Both the position numbers and the translations under genes were made by a program. From the NCBI GenBank assembly GCA_964036045.1, contig OZ038379.1:14322001-14386000 (forward strand): 64,000 bases of DNA, read 5' to 3'. Every line of letters starts with the position of its first letter. Positions within the stretch are counted from its first letter, which is position 1. Source of the stretch: Eutreptiella sp. 'Long Island Sound 2002' (lineage: Eukaryota; Protista; Euglenida). This document shows positions 10,096 to 24,900 of the stretch, one piece after another. The notes below the pieces were generated by a model. It made no database searches, was not told the origin of the DNA, and was given only the letters and a program-made list of their open reading frames with translations.

Positions 10096-13000
10096 TGAAT
10101 AAGAGTGAATGGAGCCCGCAGAAGACTAACCTTGTTTAACGCACAAATCAAACCCAAGCCCGACCCAGCTCCCAGCGCATGTTTAAGTTGAGTGGGTGCA
10201 ATTCTTGACGGCAAGTGTGCAAGTGTTTGGGAAGTGCACTCTTCAAGAGGATGCCTAGTACGTCATGCAATCCCCACACAGCACAACTAAAAATGGTATT
10301 TCGTAGGAAGCAAGAACGTGACAACATGCATGCTGCCCCCACTCGTCAGCTGCACTCCGGAACCAAAATTAAATCGTTGCACATTCACACATGGCCGTTA
10401 TGAAATGTCCAATCTTCAATGAGAACCTGTGTAACAACCGCCTCCTTCACTTTGGCTTTCGCAAGAATGGTGCATCCTGTTTTTTGCCATCTGCTGCCGC
10501 AAATTGTTGACCAATGTGAAACATAAGAACCTCCAAGCGACACATTTGGGGTAGGTGGTCCATAAAAATGGACCTGTGTTCTGTTCTGTTCTGTTTTGTT
10601 CTGTTCTGTTCCGTTCTATTCTGTTCTGTTCTGTTCGGTTCGGTGTGGTTCGGTTTGGTTCGGTTTTGTTCTTATCTGATTTGTTCTGTTCTATTCTGTT
10701 CTGTTGTGTTGTGTTCCTTTCTGTTTAGTTTTGTTTAGTTCTGTTCTATTGTGTTTAGTTGTGTTTTGTTCTGTTCTGTTTTGTTCTGCTCTGTTCTTTT
10801 CCGTTTCTGTTCTGTTGTGTTTGTTCTGTTATGTTCTGTTCTGTTTCGTTTTGACTCCGGCTTTTGAGAGCCCTGCACTTATCCATCCCACCACGCATGG
10901 TACCTATGTGGTTTCACATTACCCAGGACTGTCCTTGGGAGGGGGCACAACAATGATTCACACATCTGCGGCGGTTCGAATTGCTGCTGCTACTATCATA
11001 TTGTGCGATCATATTGTTTTTCTTGCCCTAGGGTTAGGGTTAGGGCAAAAAGTGACAAACACACACACCTTGCACAACCCACAGCATTCAAGGTTTGGCC
11101 GAAGGAGTGCCGCTTTTCTGCGCCCTGATCCACACACACTAGCATTTGCCACACCACACCTTACGATGCCACACTCCCTGCTCTTCATATATGCCTATTG
11201 GTTTATGTTGTGGTGCCCCCTAAAGGCTCCCCTCCCTTCTTTTGGTTCCGATCCCCAGCCTTCCTAATCTAACCGCAGCAAGTCAGCGGAACTGACGCTC
11301 CCTGTGGAGGGGCAACATTCCTATAGATGAGCTGACCAATGTTGGTCCTTTGGAGGTGGCATGGGAGGGGCGGCCGTTTAACTCCAGGGTGGGGAGCGGG
11401 GGCAGTTTGGGCCTCAACGGGCTGGACCCAAAAGTCATACTGAGATGGCCTGGAGCTAACGCGGACCCCAAATTAGGAGAAAAAATGAGAATGGGATTTT
11501 GGGATGAGCATGATGAGGCAATTTGGAAAAGCCATCTCTTGCCTTCTGGCTGACGCCTAAAAAGATCATTGCGAGCAGCAATTTTCTCCTTAGTGGATTT
11601 AGCTAGTGCAGCACTGCAATCAGGCGGTTGTTATGTTGGCTTAAATTTTGCGGCTTGCACCGTGGGGTGAATAGAGGCCCAATCAGACAACACGCCATGG
11701 TGGATAAAACTTACCACTATGAAACAGAGCATCTCATTTTGCTACCTCCCTCCGGAATGCCTCACTAGATCGAATTACAGAGGGCTGCCTCCTAGGGATA
11801 GAAGGAAACAACATACTGCGCCAGCCCATACAAAATGGACACAATCCTGCGGTGCAGTGTGCACCAATGCGGTGGTATTCTATTACAATTTGATGCCACG
11901 GTGCGATGTGCTAAGCGTCCCTGTTGCGTGGCACGTGGACTTGTGAGCAAGCAAAAACAGCGAACACACACCTCTACTCTGAACTTGTCCACTTCAGTGG
12001 GGTCCACTTGCACTGCATACCACCCATCATCATCTTTGTAGATCGTGCTGAGTCGGTGGTATGGGATTTCTGACTTGTACTCAATGGCTCGGGCTCTATC
12101 ATCAGTCATACCTGGGGAGTGGAGTCTTAGACGATGCCATGGAGTGTTTTTATACCCCATGTTGATAAAATGTTCTGCGATTGATTTATTTCTCAGTTGT
12201 TGTGCAGAAACCACCAATTTAGCCACAATGCGCAGCCACGGCAATAATAGCACCCAAGAGAACACTCCCCTTGTGTTCTCGTCTCATCTCTCCTCTCTCT
12301 TCGAGATGCCTTGTTGAAGGCAATAGAATACCCACACATCCATAGACTATCACATTAGCTGGTTTGGCATTCGATGCTTTTTTTTAGAATTTGCATGTGA
12401 CATGCATACACACACACATACATAGTTTGAAGCGAGTTTGGTCACCACCACACACATTAACACCAACTTTATCCAAACTTTGACCTCTTCAGTCCAATGG
12501 ATAGAAGCATGGACGAGGACAATGTACAACCACAATACGTGTACGTTTGGTCCCGCTGCCGTGCACATGGGAGGCTCTCCTTGTTGCAGCAAAAGAAGTC
12601 GCAATGAGTCATCTGAAATTTCCACGGAGCGTCAACGGAAAAAATCCAAAGTCGACCTTGAGACAGCAAATAGAGAGCTATGCATTGTGCTTGATGTTCT
12701 TTGAAAGCCTTTAAAGTAGTCTTTCCCGTGCTTATTTGAGCAGCCTATGCATGGGGACACGTCATGGCGTCTTTAGAATAACTAAATAACAAGGGTTGGC
12801 GGCGGAGGGGTATTTTGCGCAAAAAAGATGAAAGAAAGCTGCATTCTTGAAAGAATCTCCCCGAAACGTCTTTTCTTTTTTGTGTAGCATGTACAGTGGA
12901 CTGCAGCAACGTCAACGCCATCCACTGGGGCCATCCATTGCCCGAAGCCCTCATCTTCGGCATGAGGCCTCAGCAGCCCCCCTCATGGCCCTGCCGCTTC

Positions 13001-16000
13001 TGTCATCGCCTTTACGACGCCGGCCAGTCTGCCCGCAGCGCCGCCGCTCCCGAAGAAGATGGAGTTGGAGAACGTACATGTGCGATGCCGCTGGGTTTTG
13101 TGATGTTAAAAGCCAGCTTCCGATACGCACCGATGCATATTGACTCCATGAAGATGACCCTTGTGTCGATGAAACCAAATTACTAAATTGTTTCCATTTG
13201 CCAAGAGGCCCCCCGTGGTTGGACAACAGCAGTTTGGCCATTGCCACCTAAGGAACCCATATGAGCCTAAAGTCGAGCCGTCTCCGATAGTAGTGTGATG
13301 CATAAAACATGTCGGTACCACGGAAGACAGGCTCCAACAGAGGGGAGAATGGTCAAAAACAACACGAATTCGGCCCAAGCATGCCTGTGTTGCAACATGT
13401 TTCAGCGGCACCGAGAATGATGCATGAGCAAAGCATCGGAGGCTAGGTCGAAGGATCTGGGACACGTAGCTAGCAATGAGGTTCGAAATAGTGTTGAGCA
13501 GCTTGGCGGGTCTATTGCAGAGAGGTTGGACCCTAAGGTGGGACAACGGAAGATGATGTCGTGGGTAAAGTGGGGTGTTTGCAACTTTCCGAAAATTGCA
13601 TTGGTTCCTCCCTGCATTGGTACCTCTATGACACAAAAGGAGACATGTGCAAAAAATGCATAAGCTTTGTGGCCACTATTAACTCAAACTGCCGCCTTAG
13701 CAAACGTCGGTGATTGGAAGGGGCATGGGGCAGGGGCTTACAAGGGAATGGTGACAAAAAATTTCACCACTTGTCCCGTAAGTGCGCCAACCTACGGGTC
13801 ACAACGCCCCAAAGAAGGGCAGCTTTTTTTTTATTGAAAGAGGCCAGTACGGAATGTGCCATGTGCCGCGAAGGGCAAAGTTCACCGATAAGTACAGATA
13901 TTGGTCGTGCCAGGGTGAACATACGGGCTGAGCCATGGCTTCCCCCATGGTTGAGCCCCCATGGTTTTCCGTTGGTGTTGGTGTCGTCATATTAGGGGCA
14001 TTCCCCATTCGTTTGGATCCCGGTGCCCTTTTTGTCGTTTAGGTAGTGGCTGCAGCGGGACTTCCCGCAAGGTGGGGTCCCACCGCTCCCGTGTCCGTTT
14101 TCGTGCGAAGAAAACTGCTTGTCCTGCCCGTTCGAGATACGTCCCAGTAGAGGGCTGTCTTTAGTCGGTATGCTTTTGGTGTGTCTTGCGCCAATTGAAT
14201 GAGACCTCCTTGTTCAAGCAAGGCGTAACGGGCTTTTCGACTGTGGTATGTGAGGAGCAGTGTTGTGTCTGCGCAAAGACGCGTGAACATCTCATGTGAG
14301 AGGAGGGACGTTTTTGAGTTTGCATGATGTTGCATGGTGTAGTGTTTTGCTTGTTCGTACCATTGTCGATGTTCCAGACACAGTGCTGTGTATGCGATTG
14401 TACGATGCTGCGTCTCTATGTGTTCCTTTTTTTAAGTTTTCCACCGACAGATGGTAATCTGGTAAAACCCCTCACGTGTTGTAGTGCGGTTTCAGTGACT
14501 TGGGCATGTCGGTAAGTGTCTAACGCACAGTGGGCGGGCTGTACAGCCAGTTTGTCACAGAAGGAGAGGAAGTGCTTCCACCGGTGGGCTAGGTTGTTGA
14601 GGCGTCTGCGTTTTCATGTGCACTCCTCGTGTAACTGTTTTTGCGACCCATGTATGTTGGTAAACTAGGTCACCGCCTCCCCATCATTTGCACCGTGTGC
14701 TGCTTGAAGCCATAGCTCAGCGTCAACTATTATAGTTGTTGTCGTCCCCGCCTTGCGCTTCCGGTTCCGTGCCACGTACCGCACTGGTGCTCCTACTAGG
14801 TCACGCAGGTTCCGTGCGGTTTCCCGTGGTGGTCGGGGCTGTGCAATAAACCTATTTAGCCATAGGGGGGGCGGGGGTTGCTTTGGTGTGGGGTCGGCTA
14901 GCTCCTCTCTCAAGGCTTGAACGGCCTGGATTATCCGAAACTGGAAGAGGCCCAACTCGGCCCGTAGTTTGTGTCTTTATACATCGGATATGAACGGCGA
15001 AATGGTGGGCCTGCACGCTCCGATGCCCATCTTGGGGTCATTTTGAGCCCCAGACAACACCCATGTTGTGCCCAAATCCGCGTTTTTTGCCACTTGGCAC
15101 CCACAGGGGGTCTCAAGGCGGTAAAAGGCACGATCTGATATGTGCACCACTCGTAGCGCATTAGAATTTTTTTCATTTTTCGTAATTGTCTTATAATGTA
15201 GGCCAAGTGCAAGGGGTTGTGGTGCGGTGCACGTGAAATTTTTGGGCAATAGCACTGTCGACAAAAGGGGCCTCAATATATGAAAACATGTTGAACCTGC
15301 GAGGATCACATCCTCAATTCTAATTGCATGCACTATTGTGTGTCGGCATCTTGCATGCGCGCCGCCCGGCAATCAAAGAACGCAAACTGAGAAGTTCGAC
15401 TCCAAACTATGCGCTGATTAGCATAAATACCGGTTCATTGCTCGTTGATGCTTCCCAAAAAGGCCCAATGGCCACCATGAAGAACAGTCTCACAACCTTG
15501 GTGCTTAGTTTGCACGCACTGTTAGAATTCTCCCATGGCAGTCCATGAATTATATCTCTCTTGACAAACGATGACACATCTAAGAAGCAGTTCGTGCCTT
15601 GGCAGGATTGGCAGAGATACGAGAATTTTCACAATTAACGAATGTACAGCGATAGATAGTTGCTTTGGACCACTTTGTGGCAGAATGGGTTGCATGTGTT
15701 GTGTTTGGCGTTGTGTGTCCTTCACTGTACCGCTTGTCGTCAAACCACTTCGTATACATTTTCCTCTCTCTGCCATAGTCAGCCCAAATGGTGGAGGGCG
15801 TTGCTGACCACGAGTGGGAGGAGACAGAGGCCACAATGGTGCAGGTGGCAGTGCAGCTAAGCGGTCTTCAGAAATCTGTCTTCAGAAAATCATCATCATC
15901 GTGACCCTCGGCTGAACGATCAGGAGCATCCTCTTGATCCCCGGGCTTCTTCTGCTGCTGCAACTTCTGCTCCTCCTCGACCTTCTCCTTCCAATGCTCC

Positions 16001-17834
16001 TTCAGGAGCTTTTGGTGAATTCGCGGGTCACTACATACGTTTGGGGTTGCAGTACCGCTAGCATGGTAGCTTGTCTAATGGTAGCATGCATGGTCTTCAT
16101 TTGTGTCATTGCGGAGGGAGAGAGAGGCGGGGGGGGGGGATTTCGGCATGCAAGTCATGCAACCCCGAGACGGCATGCGTTATGTAGCCATCCAACCCGC
16201 ATTCGGGCTCCCGAGAAGGCAATTGTTAGGTTGCGTCTCTTGATTTTGTCCCCGCTGTAAGTGCTGGGAACCCCCAACAACGTAGGGTTGTTTTGTCAGT
16301 CTACCCATGTTTGGGCCCCGGAGACGGCAGGGGTTAAGTCGCCCTTTGGGCCCATCATCTGCACGTCTTTCAGATTTTTCCAGGAAAGGCACATTGTCCT
16401 ACACAATTGTGTGGTGGCTCAAGGCGCTAGCCTTGCAGTTTCCCTCGGCCCTGGTGGTGCTCCGGACCTTGTAATTTGAATGTTGGTGTTGATCTTCCGA
16501 GCCATTAATGACACAATCCCATGTTTCATTGGACCATCGCACAATTGCTCTGTACCCCCTACTGTAGCTTATAGGACCTTTGAGGCTAGGGCACCCGCTG
16601 GTTCCGGCCCCAAATGCGGCCAACGACCTCAATTCCACCTGCCATGTTGCCCTTTGGATATTCATGGCCTTCCTATTGGCCACTGGGTTTACGCTCCTTG
16701 TCCCCCCCCCCCCCCCCCCCTCACAAATTGCACTTGTCGGCTTCCTGAATCACGAAACAAGCACAACGCAGGAGAGCAAAAAACAAACACAGCAGTATGT
16801 GAGGACACCGAAGAATGTGGACCAATATGTGGAACAGGATGTTTTTGCATTGGTCCACGGCCCGGATTATCGGTTTATTACTTCCCCATTTGTATCCAAC
16901 AACCATTCAGCTTTCAACAACCATCCAGCCACTGCACGTGTATTCATTTTCACACCCCAAATACGCAAACCCAAAAGCCACAAGGAAGAATAGGTCCTAC
17001 CCAATCCTTCTTGGATATCAAACAGCAGCTTAGCTATTCAGTGCTATCACTAGGATTGTGATGATGGATTAACTTTTGAATGACAGAGACTTTTGCTCAA
17101 TTTTTATGTATGGCACAATACACCAGCACTCTCAATGAATCACAAACCACAAGCGACACAAATTCGTTGCCTTTGTGCGCCCTTGAATAGGGCTTCTAAG
17201 TTGTTGTTGGCCAGGGGCTCGGTTCAGGTTCAGGTTGGATGCACAGTGAGCTGCTACAGCGGTCACTGGCAAACTTGCTCCAGGAAAAAACCGTGGCACC
17301 CAATGATATTAGGATGCTCCAACTTCAAAAGTGCCTGCGCCTTGGCCTTTGGGCAAACAAGAGGGAGAGGAAGAGAAAGAACAAGATGAGCGGAGAACGA
17401 CAAGGTATAAAGACTGCACAAGGTTTTCAATCAACCTCCCGGGTGTCAAATTGAAACGCATTTGATATGCACTCTCACCTTGTTGAATCATTTGCCAGGG
17501 TTAATACTCAACCCAACCGTCCAAACTTTTTGGCATCTCTTGCTGCCAATGAGCAACGCGCAGTACCCAATGCACAGTGCTTTGTAGTTTCCCTTGCTAT
17601 CCTTTAGGTTACAGCTAAACACCTTGGTTGGCGCAAAAAAAAAAACAGGCAATTGGTGCGCCATTCCAGGTTGTATTCTCGGATGCATTCATAAATTGTC
17701 AACAAGCTGCCCACTTTGGTGGCGGCCAGAGGAATGGTGGGCACCTTCAGGGCCTGATACAAAGCGACACCGAACCTCTTAGCACTCACACATTGCACAA
17801 ACGTACATGTGCACACCCAAGATGCAACTCATAC

Positions 17835-17972
17835 CTCCACTAATGCAATTGTTCCCTTCTGCCAGTAATCGCAAACTATCTTCTTCAATGCCACTATGGA
17901 GGTGCCCCACTTCACCAACCATACTTGGCCATACACTCCGGCACCAAGCTTCGTAACCACTTCATAGCATGG
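17835..17972 (-). pseudogene. Kinase glycine-loop exon, copy 2 (downstream exons also present from ~17346)
   Basis: Same as copy 1 except ...GTSIVALKK. Confidence 0.75.
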
Positions 17973-18867
17973 CTACACGCAAGGTGCAAAGAGTCGCACA
18001 CAAAGACTTGCGAATGAAATACCCTTGGAGCCCAGGCCAATTCCAAGGCAAAACACACATGACTGGAATGACAGGCTGAAAATCCTACCAACACCCTTGC
18101 TTCTTCTTTTCTTTCATTTTCACCCCTATCAAGGGCTTTGGCAGGCGTTGTTGAATCCCCCTGCAACCTCTTGCCCCGTCAACCGCGACTCTTCAACCCG
18201 CCTCCCCCGGCCCCACAAACACCTGCAGCCTGAGCCCTGCCCCGCCACCGCATGGCACGCATACCCGCAGGAAGCCGCGTCTTGAAGATGTACACAGCCC
18301 CCGTCACATGCCCCTGTCGCAGCTGCTCCATCACAATGGCCCCCTTTTCCGGAAACGCGGAGAGAAGCAGCTGGTGCTTCACCTCCGGACCGAGCGGACC
18401 GGGGCCCCCGACGGACGTCTGCTGGCGGGCGGGGGCGTGGGACACGCCGTCGCTGGGGCGGGGGCGCTTCGCAGGGACGGCGTGGGCGGTCATCGCAGTC
18501 CCCGGCCGCTTGCGAGGCCCAACCGGCGGTTGTGGAGCGGTTGCGGGACGGTTGGGCGGTTGGGCGGAGCAGCCGGTGCGAGAGGCGGTGCCCGTGCCGG
18601 ACCCATCGCCCGAGGCGGTGCGGAATGCCGGACCCATGCTGGGCCGGTACCGTGAGGCCGGGCTATGGGGCGGGGGCATCGCCGGGGCGTCGCGCGCGGC
18701 GGATCGTTGCCGGCTGCGGGGCCCGGAGGCGGCGCCGGGGATACCGGGGGCAGCGGCCACGGCGGAGGGGCGGGCCACCACCTCGTGCCAACACATGCCG
18801 GCGCAGTAGACTAGGCAAGCGGCGTCTTCGGGGAAGAGGGAGCGCGCGACGGACTCCCCGGGGCACT

Positions 18868-21800
18868 GGGCGGTGGGGCGGCTCTGTCTTACCTGACTTC
18901 TATTTGTCAATTGGTGTCCTATGCTCGGACTGGGCTTGTCCAAGACTTTTTTAGGGTCTCTTGCGCAGGCGCTGTCCGAAATGTAATTGACCAATGGTTG
19001 GTACTCTCATGCTGCTCTGTCTCACAGAAGGCATCGACAAAGGGACCAAGCTCAAGAAATGCCACTTTGATTGCAACTTTGAATTGCATGAATTGCATAG
19101 GCATTATCAGAAACAGCAAATGCGGCCATCGCTTTTCTCGCACCTATACTTGCTAGTTGTCCTTTATACTTAATGAAGCAGACCTTTGCAAGAACATTCT
19201 CAACTGGGTCAAGTCCTGCCACCTTGCCCTTTGGAGGGCTGTCGAAATACACCTCCATCCCTACCACAGCCATTGTGTCGGACTTCGCCATCACTACCAA
19301 ATGATTTGGTGCTTGTGCCCCCCAGTGCTCCAAATCCCTACGGTCGAACGGCTTCATAGGTGAGGAGAACATAAAGCTTGCGGTTCTACGCTGCAATGAA
19401 GTGATGCAACGAAATAGCCTTGTTTCAATTGCTAAAAAGCGAGCAATGCCTGATTGCAACGAGACAATACTTTTGGGGATTTGGCATCATCCTCCTGATC
19501 ATCTTCTTTGCGTTCACGCTTCCTTGTTTGTGTTTGCTGTGGCGCATGCTGCCAACAATGCACCTCATTCTTCACCCAGCGGCTCCGGACATGTTCGCCA
19601 CATTGTGGACAAGGATGATCGGCCGTTTTCGCATCGGGCTGCTTGTTAACCTGAATAAGAGTGAATGGAGCCCGCAGAAGACTAACCTTGTTTAAAGCAC
19701 AAATCAAACCCAAGCCCGACCCAGCTCCCAGCGCATGTTTAAGTTGAGTGGGTGCAATTCTTGACGGCAAGTGTGCAAGTGTTTGGGAAGTGCACTCTTC
19801 AAGAGGATGCCTAGTACGTCATGCAATCCCCACACAGCACAACTAAAAATGGTATTTCGTAGGAAGCAAGAACGTGACAACATGCATGCTGCCCCCACTC
19901 ATCAGCTGCACTCCGGAACCAAAATTAAATCGTTGCACATTCACACATGACCGTTATGAAATGTCCAATCTTCAATGAGAACCTGTGTAACAACCGCCTC
20001 CTTCACTTTGGCTTTCGCAAGAATGGTGCATCCTGTTTTTTGCCATATGCTGCCGCAAATTGTTGACCAATGTGAAACATAAGAACCTCCAAGCGACACA
20101 TTTGGGGTAGGTGGTCGATAAAAATGGACCTCTGTTCTGTTCTGTTCTGTTTTGTTCTGTTCTGTTCTGTTTTGTTCTGTTCTGTTCGGTTCGGTTCGGT
20201 GTGGTTCGGTTTGGTTCGGTTTTGTTCTTATCTGATTTGTTCTGTTCTGTTCTGTTGTGTTGTGTTTCTTTGTGTTTAGTTTTGTTTAGTTCTGTTCTAT
20301 TGTGTTTAGTTGTGTTTTGTTCTGTTCTGTTTTGTTTTGCTCTGTTCTTTTCTGTTTCTGTTCTGTTGTGTTTGTTCTGTTCTGTTCTGTTCTGTTCGGT
20401 TCAAGAGGGAGAGGAATAGAAAGAACAAGATGAGCGGAGAACGACAAGGTATAAAGACTGCACGAGGTTTTCAATCAACCTCCCGGGTGTCAAATTGAAA
20501 CGCATTTGATATGCACTCTCACCTTGTTGAATCATTTGCCAGGGTTAATACTCAACCCAACCGTCCAAACTTTTTGGCATCTCTTGCTGCCAATGAGCAA
20601 CGCGCAGTACCCAATGCACAGTGCTTTGTAGTTTCCCTTGCTATCCTTTAGGTTACAGCTAAACACCTTGGTTGGCGCAAAAAAAAAACAGGCAATTAGT
20701 GCGCCATTCCAGATTGTATTCTCGGATGCATTCATAAATTGTCAACAAGCTGCCCACTTTGGTGGCAGCCAGAGGAATGGTGGGCACCTTCAGGGCCTGA
20801 TACAAAGCGACACCGAACCTCTTAGCACTCACACATTGCACAAACGTACATGTGCACACCCAAGATGCAACTCATACCTCCACTAATGCAATTGTTCCCT
20901 TCTGCCAGTAATCGCAAACTATCTTCTTCAATGCCACTATGGAGGTGCCCCACTTCACCAACCATACTTGGCCATACACTCCGGCACCAAGCTTCGTAAC
21001 CACTTCATAGCATGGCTACACGCAAGGTGCAAAGAGTCGCACACAAAGACTTGCGAATGAAATACCCTTGGAGCCCAGGCCAATTCCAAGGCAAAACACA
21101 CATGACTGGAATGACAGGCTGAAAATCCTACCAACACCCTTGCTTCTCTTTTCTTTCATTTTCACCCCTATCAAGGGCTTTGGCAGGCGTTGTTGAATCC
21201 CCCTGCAACCTCTTGCCCCGTCAACCGCGACTCTTCAACCCGCCTCCCCCGGCCCCACAAACACCTGCAGCCTGAGCCCTGCCCCGCCACCGCATGGCAC
21301 GCATACCCGCAGGAAGCCGCGTCTTGAAGATGTACACAGCCCCCGTCACATGCCCCTGTCGCAGCTGCTCCAACACAATGGCCCCCTTTTCCGGAAACGC
21401 GGAGAGAAGCAGCTGGTGCTTCACCTCCGGACCGAGCGGACCGGGGCCCCCGACGGACGTCTGCTGGCGGGCGGGGGCGTGGGACACGCCGTCGCTGGGG
21501 CGGGGGCGCTTCGCAGGGACGGCGTGGGCGGTCATCGCAGTCCCCGGCCGCTTGCGAGGCCCAACCGGCGGTTGTGGAGCGGTTGCGGGACGGTTGGGCG
21601 GTTGGGCGGAGCAGCCGGTGCGAGAGGCGGTGCCCATGCCGCACCCATCGCCCGAGGCGGTGCGGAATGCCGGACCCATGCTGGGCCGGTACCGTGAGGC
21701 CGGGCTATGGGGCGGGGGCATCGCCGGGGCGTCGCGCGCGGCGGATCGTTGCCGGCTGCGGGGCCCGGAGGCGGCGCCGGGGATACCGGGGGCAGCGGCC

Positions 21801-21909
21801 ACGGCGGAGGGGCGGGCCACCACTTCGTGCCAACACATGCCGGCGCAGTAGACTAGGCAAGCGGCGTCTTCGGGGAAGAGGGAGCGCGCGACGGACTCCC
21901 CGGGGCACT
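18868..21909. repeat. 9.56-kb unit, copy 3, internally deleted (3042 bp)
   Basis: The microsatellite ending at 20401 is joined directly to caagagggagagg, which is 7799 in copy 1. About 6.5 kb is missing. Confidence 0.95.
20878..21015 (-). pseudogene. Kinase glycine-loop exon, copy 3 (the HPNI exon and everything downstream is deleted)
   Basis: Same exon. The deletion at 20401/20402 removes the acceptor and exon that encode LEHPNII. Confidence 0.75.
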
Positions 21910-24900
21910 GGGCGGTGGGGCGGCTCTGTCTTACCTGACTTCTATTTGTCAATTGGTGTCCTATGCTCGGACTGGGCTTCTCCAAGACTTTTTTAGGGTC
22001 TCTTGCGCAGGCGCTGTCCGAAATGTAATTGACCAATGGTTGGTACTCTCATGCTGCTCTGTCTCACAGAAGGCATCGACAAAGGGACCAAGCTCAAGAA
22101 ATGCCACTTTGATTGCAACTTTGAATTGCATGAATTGCATAGGCATTATCAGAAACAGCAAATGCGGCCATCGCTTTTCTCGCACCTATACTTGCTAGTT
22201 GTCCTTTATACTTAATGAAGCAGACCTTTGCAAGAACATTCTCAACTGGGTCAAGTCCTGCCACCTTGCCCTTTGGAGGGCCGTCGAAATACACCTCCAT
22301 CCCTACCACAGCCATTGTGTCGGACTTCGCCATCACTACCAAATGATTTGGTGCTTGTGCCCCCCAGTGCTCCAAATCGTTACGGTCGAACGGCTTCATA
22401 GGTGAGGAGAACATAAAGCTTGCGGTTCTACGCTGCAATGAAGTGATGCAACGAAATAGCCTTGTTTCAATTGCTAAAAAGCGAGCAATGCCTGATTGCA
22501 ACGAGACAATACTTTTGGGGATTTGGCATCATCCTCCTGATCATCTTCTTTGCGTTCACGCTTCCTTGTTTGTGTTTGCTGTGGCGCATGCTGCCAACAA
22601 TGCACCTCATTCTTCACCCAGCGGCTCCGGACATGTTCGCCACATTGTGGACAAGGATGATCGGCCGTTTTCGCATCGGGCTGCTTGTTAACCTGAATAA
22701 GAGTGAATGGAGCCCGCAGAAGACTAACCTTGTTTAACGCACAAATCAAACCCAAGCCCGACCCAGCTCCCAGCGCATGTTTAAGTTGAGTGGGTGCAAT
22801 TCTTGACGGCAAGTGTGCAAGTGTTTGGGAAGTGCACTCTTCAAGAGGATGCCTAGTACGTCATGCAATCCCCACACAGCACAACTAAAAATGGTATTTC
22901 GTAGGAAGCAAGAACGTGACAACATGCATGCTGCCCCCACTCGTCAGCTGCACTCCGGAACCAAAATTAAATCGTTGCACATTCACACATGGCCGTTATG
23001 AAATGTCCAATCTTCAATGAGAACCTGTGTAACAACCGCCTCCTTCACTTTGGCTTTCGCAAGAATGGTGCATCCTGTTTTTTGCCATCTGGTGCCGCAA
23101 ATTGTTGATCAATGTGAAACATAAGAACCTCCAAGCGACACATTTGGGGTAGGTGGTCGATAAAAATGGACCTCTGTTCTGTTCTGTTCTGTTTTGTTCT
23201 GTTCTGTTCCGTTCTATTCTGTTCTGTTCGGTTCGGTTCGGTGTGGTTCGGTTTGGTTCGGTTTTGTTCTTATCTGATTTGTTCTGTTCTATTCTGTTCT
23301 GTTGTGTTGTGTTTCTTTCTGTTTAGTTTTGTTTAGTTCTGTTCTATTTTGTTTAGTTGTGTTTTGTTCTGTTCTGTTTTGTTCTGCTCTGTTCTTTTCC
23401 GTTTCTGTTCTGTTGTGTTTGTTCTGTTATGTTCTGTTCTGTTTCGTTTTGACTCCGGCTTTTGAGAGCCCTGCACTTATCCATCCCACCACGCACGGTA
23501 CCTATGTGGTTTCACATTACCCAGGATTGTCCTTGGGAGGGGGCACAACAATGATTCACACATCTGCGGCGGTTCGAATTGCTGCTGCTACTATCATATT
23601 GTGCGATCATATTGTTTTTCTTGCCCTAGGGTTAGGGTTAGGGCAAAAAGTGACAAACACACACACCTTGCACAACCCACAGCATTCAAGGTTTGGCCGA
23701 AGGAGTGCCGCTTTTCTGCGCCCTGATCCACACACACTAGCATTTGCCACACCACACCTTACGATGCCACACTCCCTGCTCTTCATATATGCCTATTGGT
23801 TTATGTTGTGGTGCCCCCTAAAGGCTCCCCTCCCTTCTTTTGGTTCCGATCCCCAGCCTTCCTAATCTAACCGCAGCAAGTCAGCGGAACTGACGCTCCC
23901 TGTGGAGGGGCAACATTCCTATAGATGAGCTGACCAATGTTGGTCCTTTGGAGGTGGCATGGGAGGGGCGGCCGTTTAACTCCGGGGTGGGGAGCGGGGG
24001 CAGTTTGGGCCTCAACGGGCTGGACCCAAAAGTCATACTGAGATGGCCTGGAGCTAACGCGGACCCCAAATTAGGAGAAAAAATGAGAATGGGATTTTGG
24101 GATGAGCATGATGAGGCAATTTGGAAAAGCCATCTCTTGCCTTCTGGCTGACGCCTAAAAAGATCATTGCGAGCAGCAATTTTCTCCTTAGTGGATTTAG
24201 CTAGTGCAGCACTGCAATCAGGCGGTTGTTATGTTGGCTTAAATTTTGCGGCTTGCACCGTGGGGTGAATAGAGGCCCAATCAGACAACACGCCATGGTG
24301 GATAAAACTTACCACTATGAAACAGAGCATCTCATTTTGCTACCTCCCTCCGGAATGCCTCACTAGATCGAATTACAGAGGGCTGCCTCCTAGGGATAGA
24401 AGGAAACAACATACTGCGCCAGCCCATACAAAATGGACACAATCCTGCGGTGCAGTGTGCACCAATGCGGTGGTATTCTATCACAATTTGATGCCGCGGT
24501 GCGATGTGCTAAGCGTCCCTGTTGCGTGGCACGTGGACTTGTGAGCAAGCAAAAACAGCGAACACACACCTCTACTCTGAACTTGTCCACTTCAGTGGGG
24601 TCCACTTGCACTGCATACCACCCATCATCATCTTTGTAGATCGTGCTGAGTCGGTGGTATGGGATTTCTGACTTGTACTCAATGGCTCGGGCTCTATCAT
24701 CAGTCATACCTGGGGAGTGGAGTCTTAGACGATGCCATGGAGTGTTTTTATACCCCATGTTGATAAAATGTTCTGCGATTGATTTATTTCTCAGTTGTTG
24801 TGCAGAAACCACCAATTTAGCCACAATGCGCAGCCACGGCAATAATAGCACCCAAGAGAACACTCCCCTTGTGTTCTCGTCTCATCTCTCCTCTCTCTTC

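Larger units (their letters stand above)
9309..18867. repeat. 9.56-kb unit, copy 2 (9559 bp)
   Basis: Boundary-to-boundary distance; full ORF set present. Confidence 0.95.
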
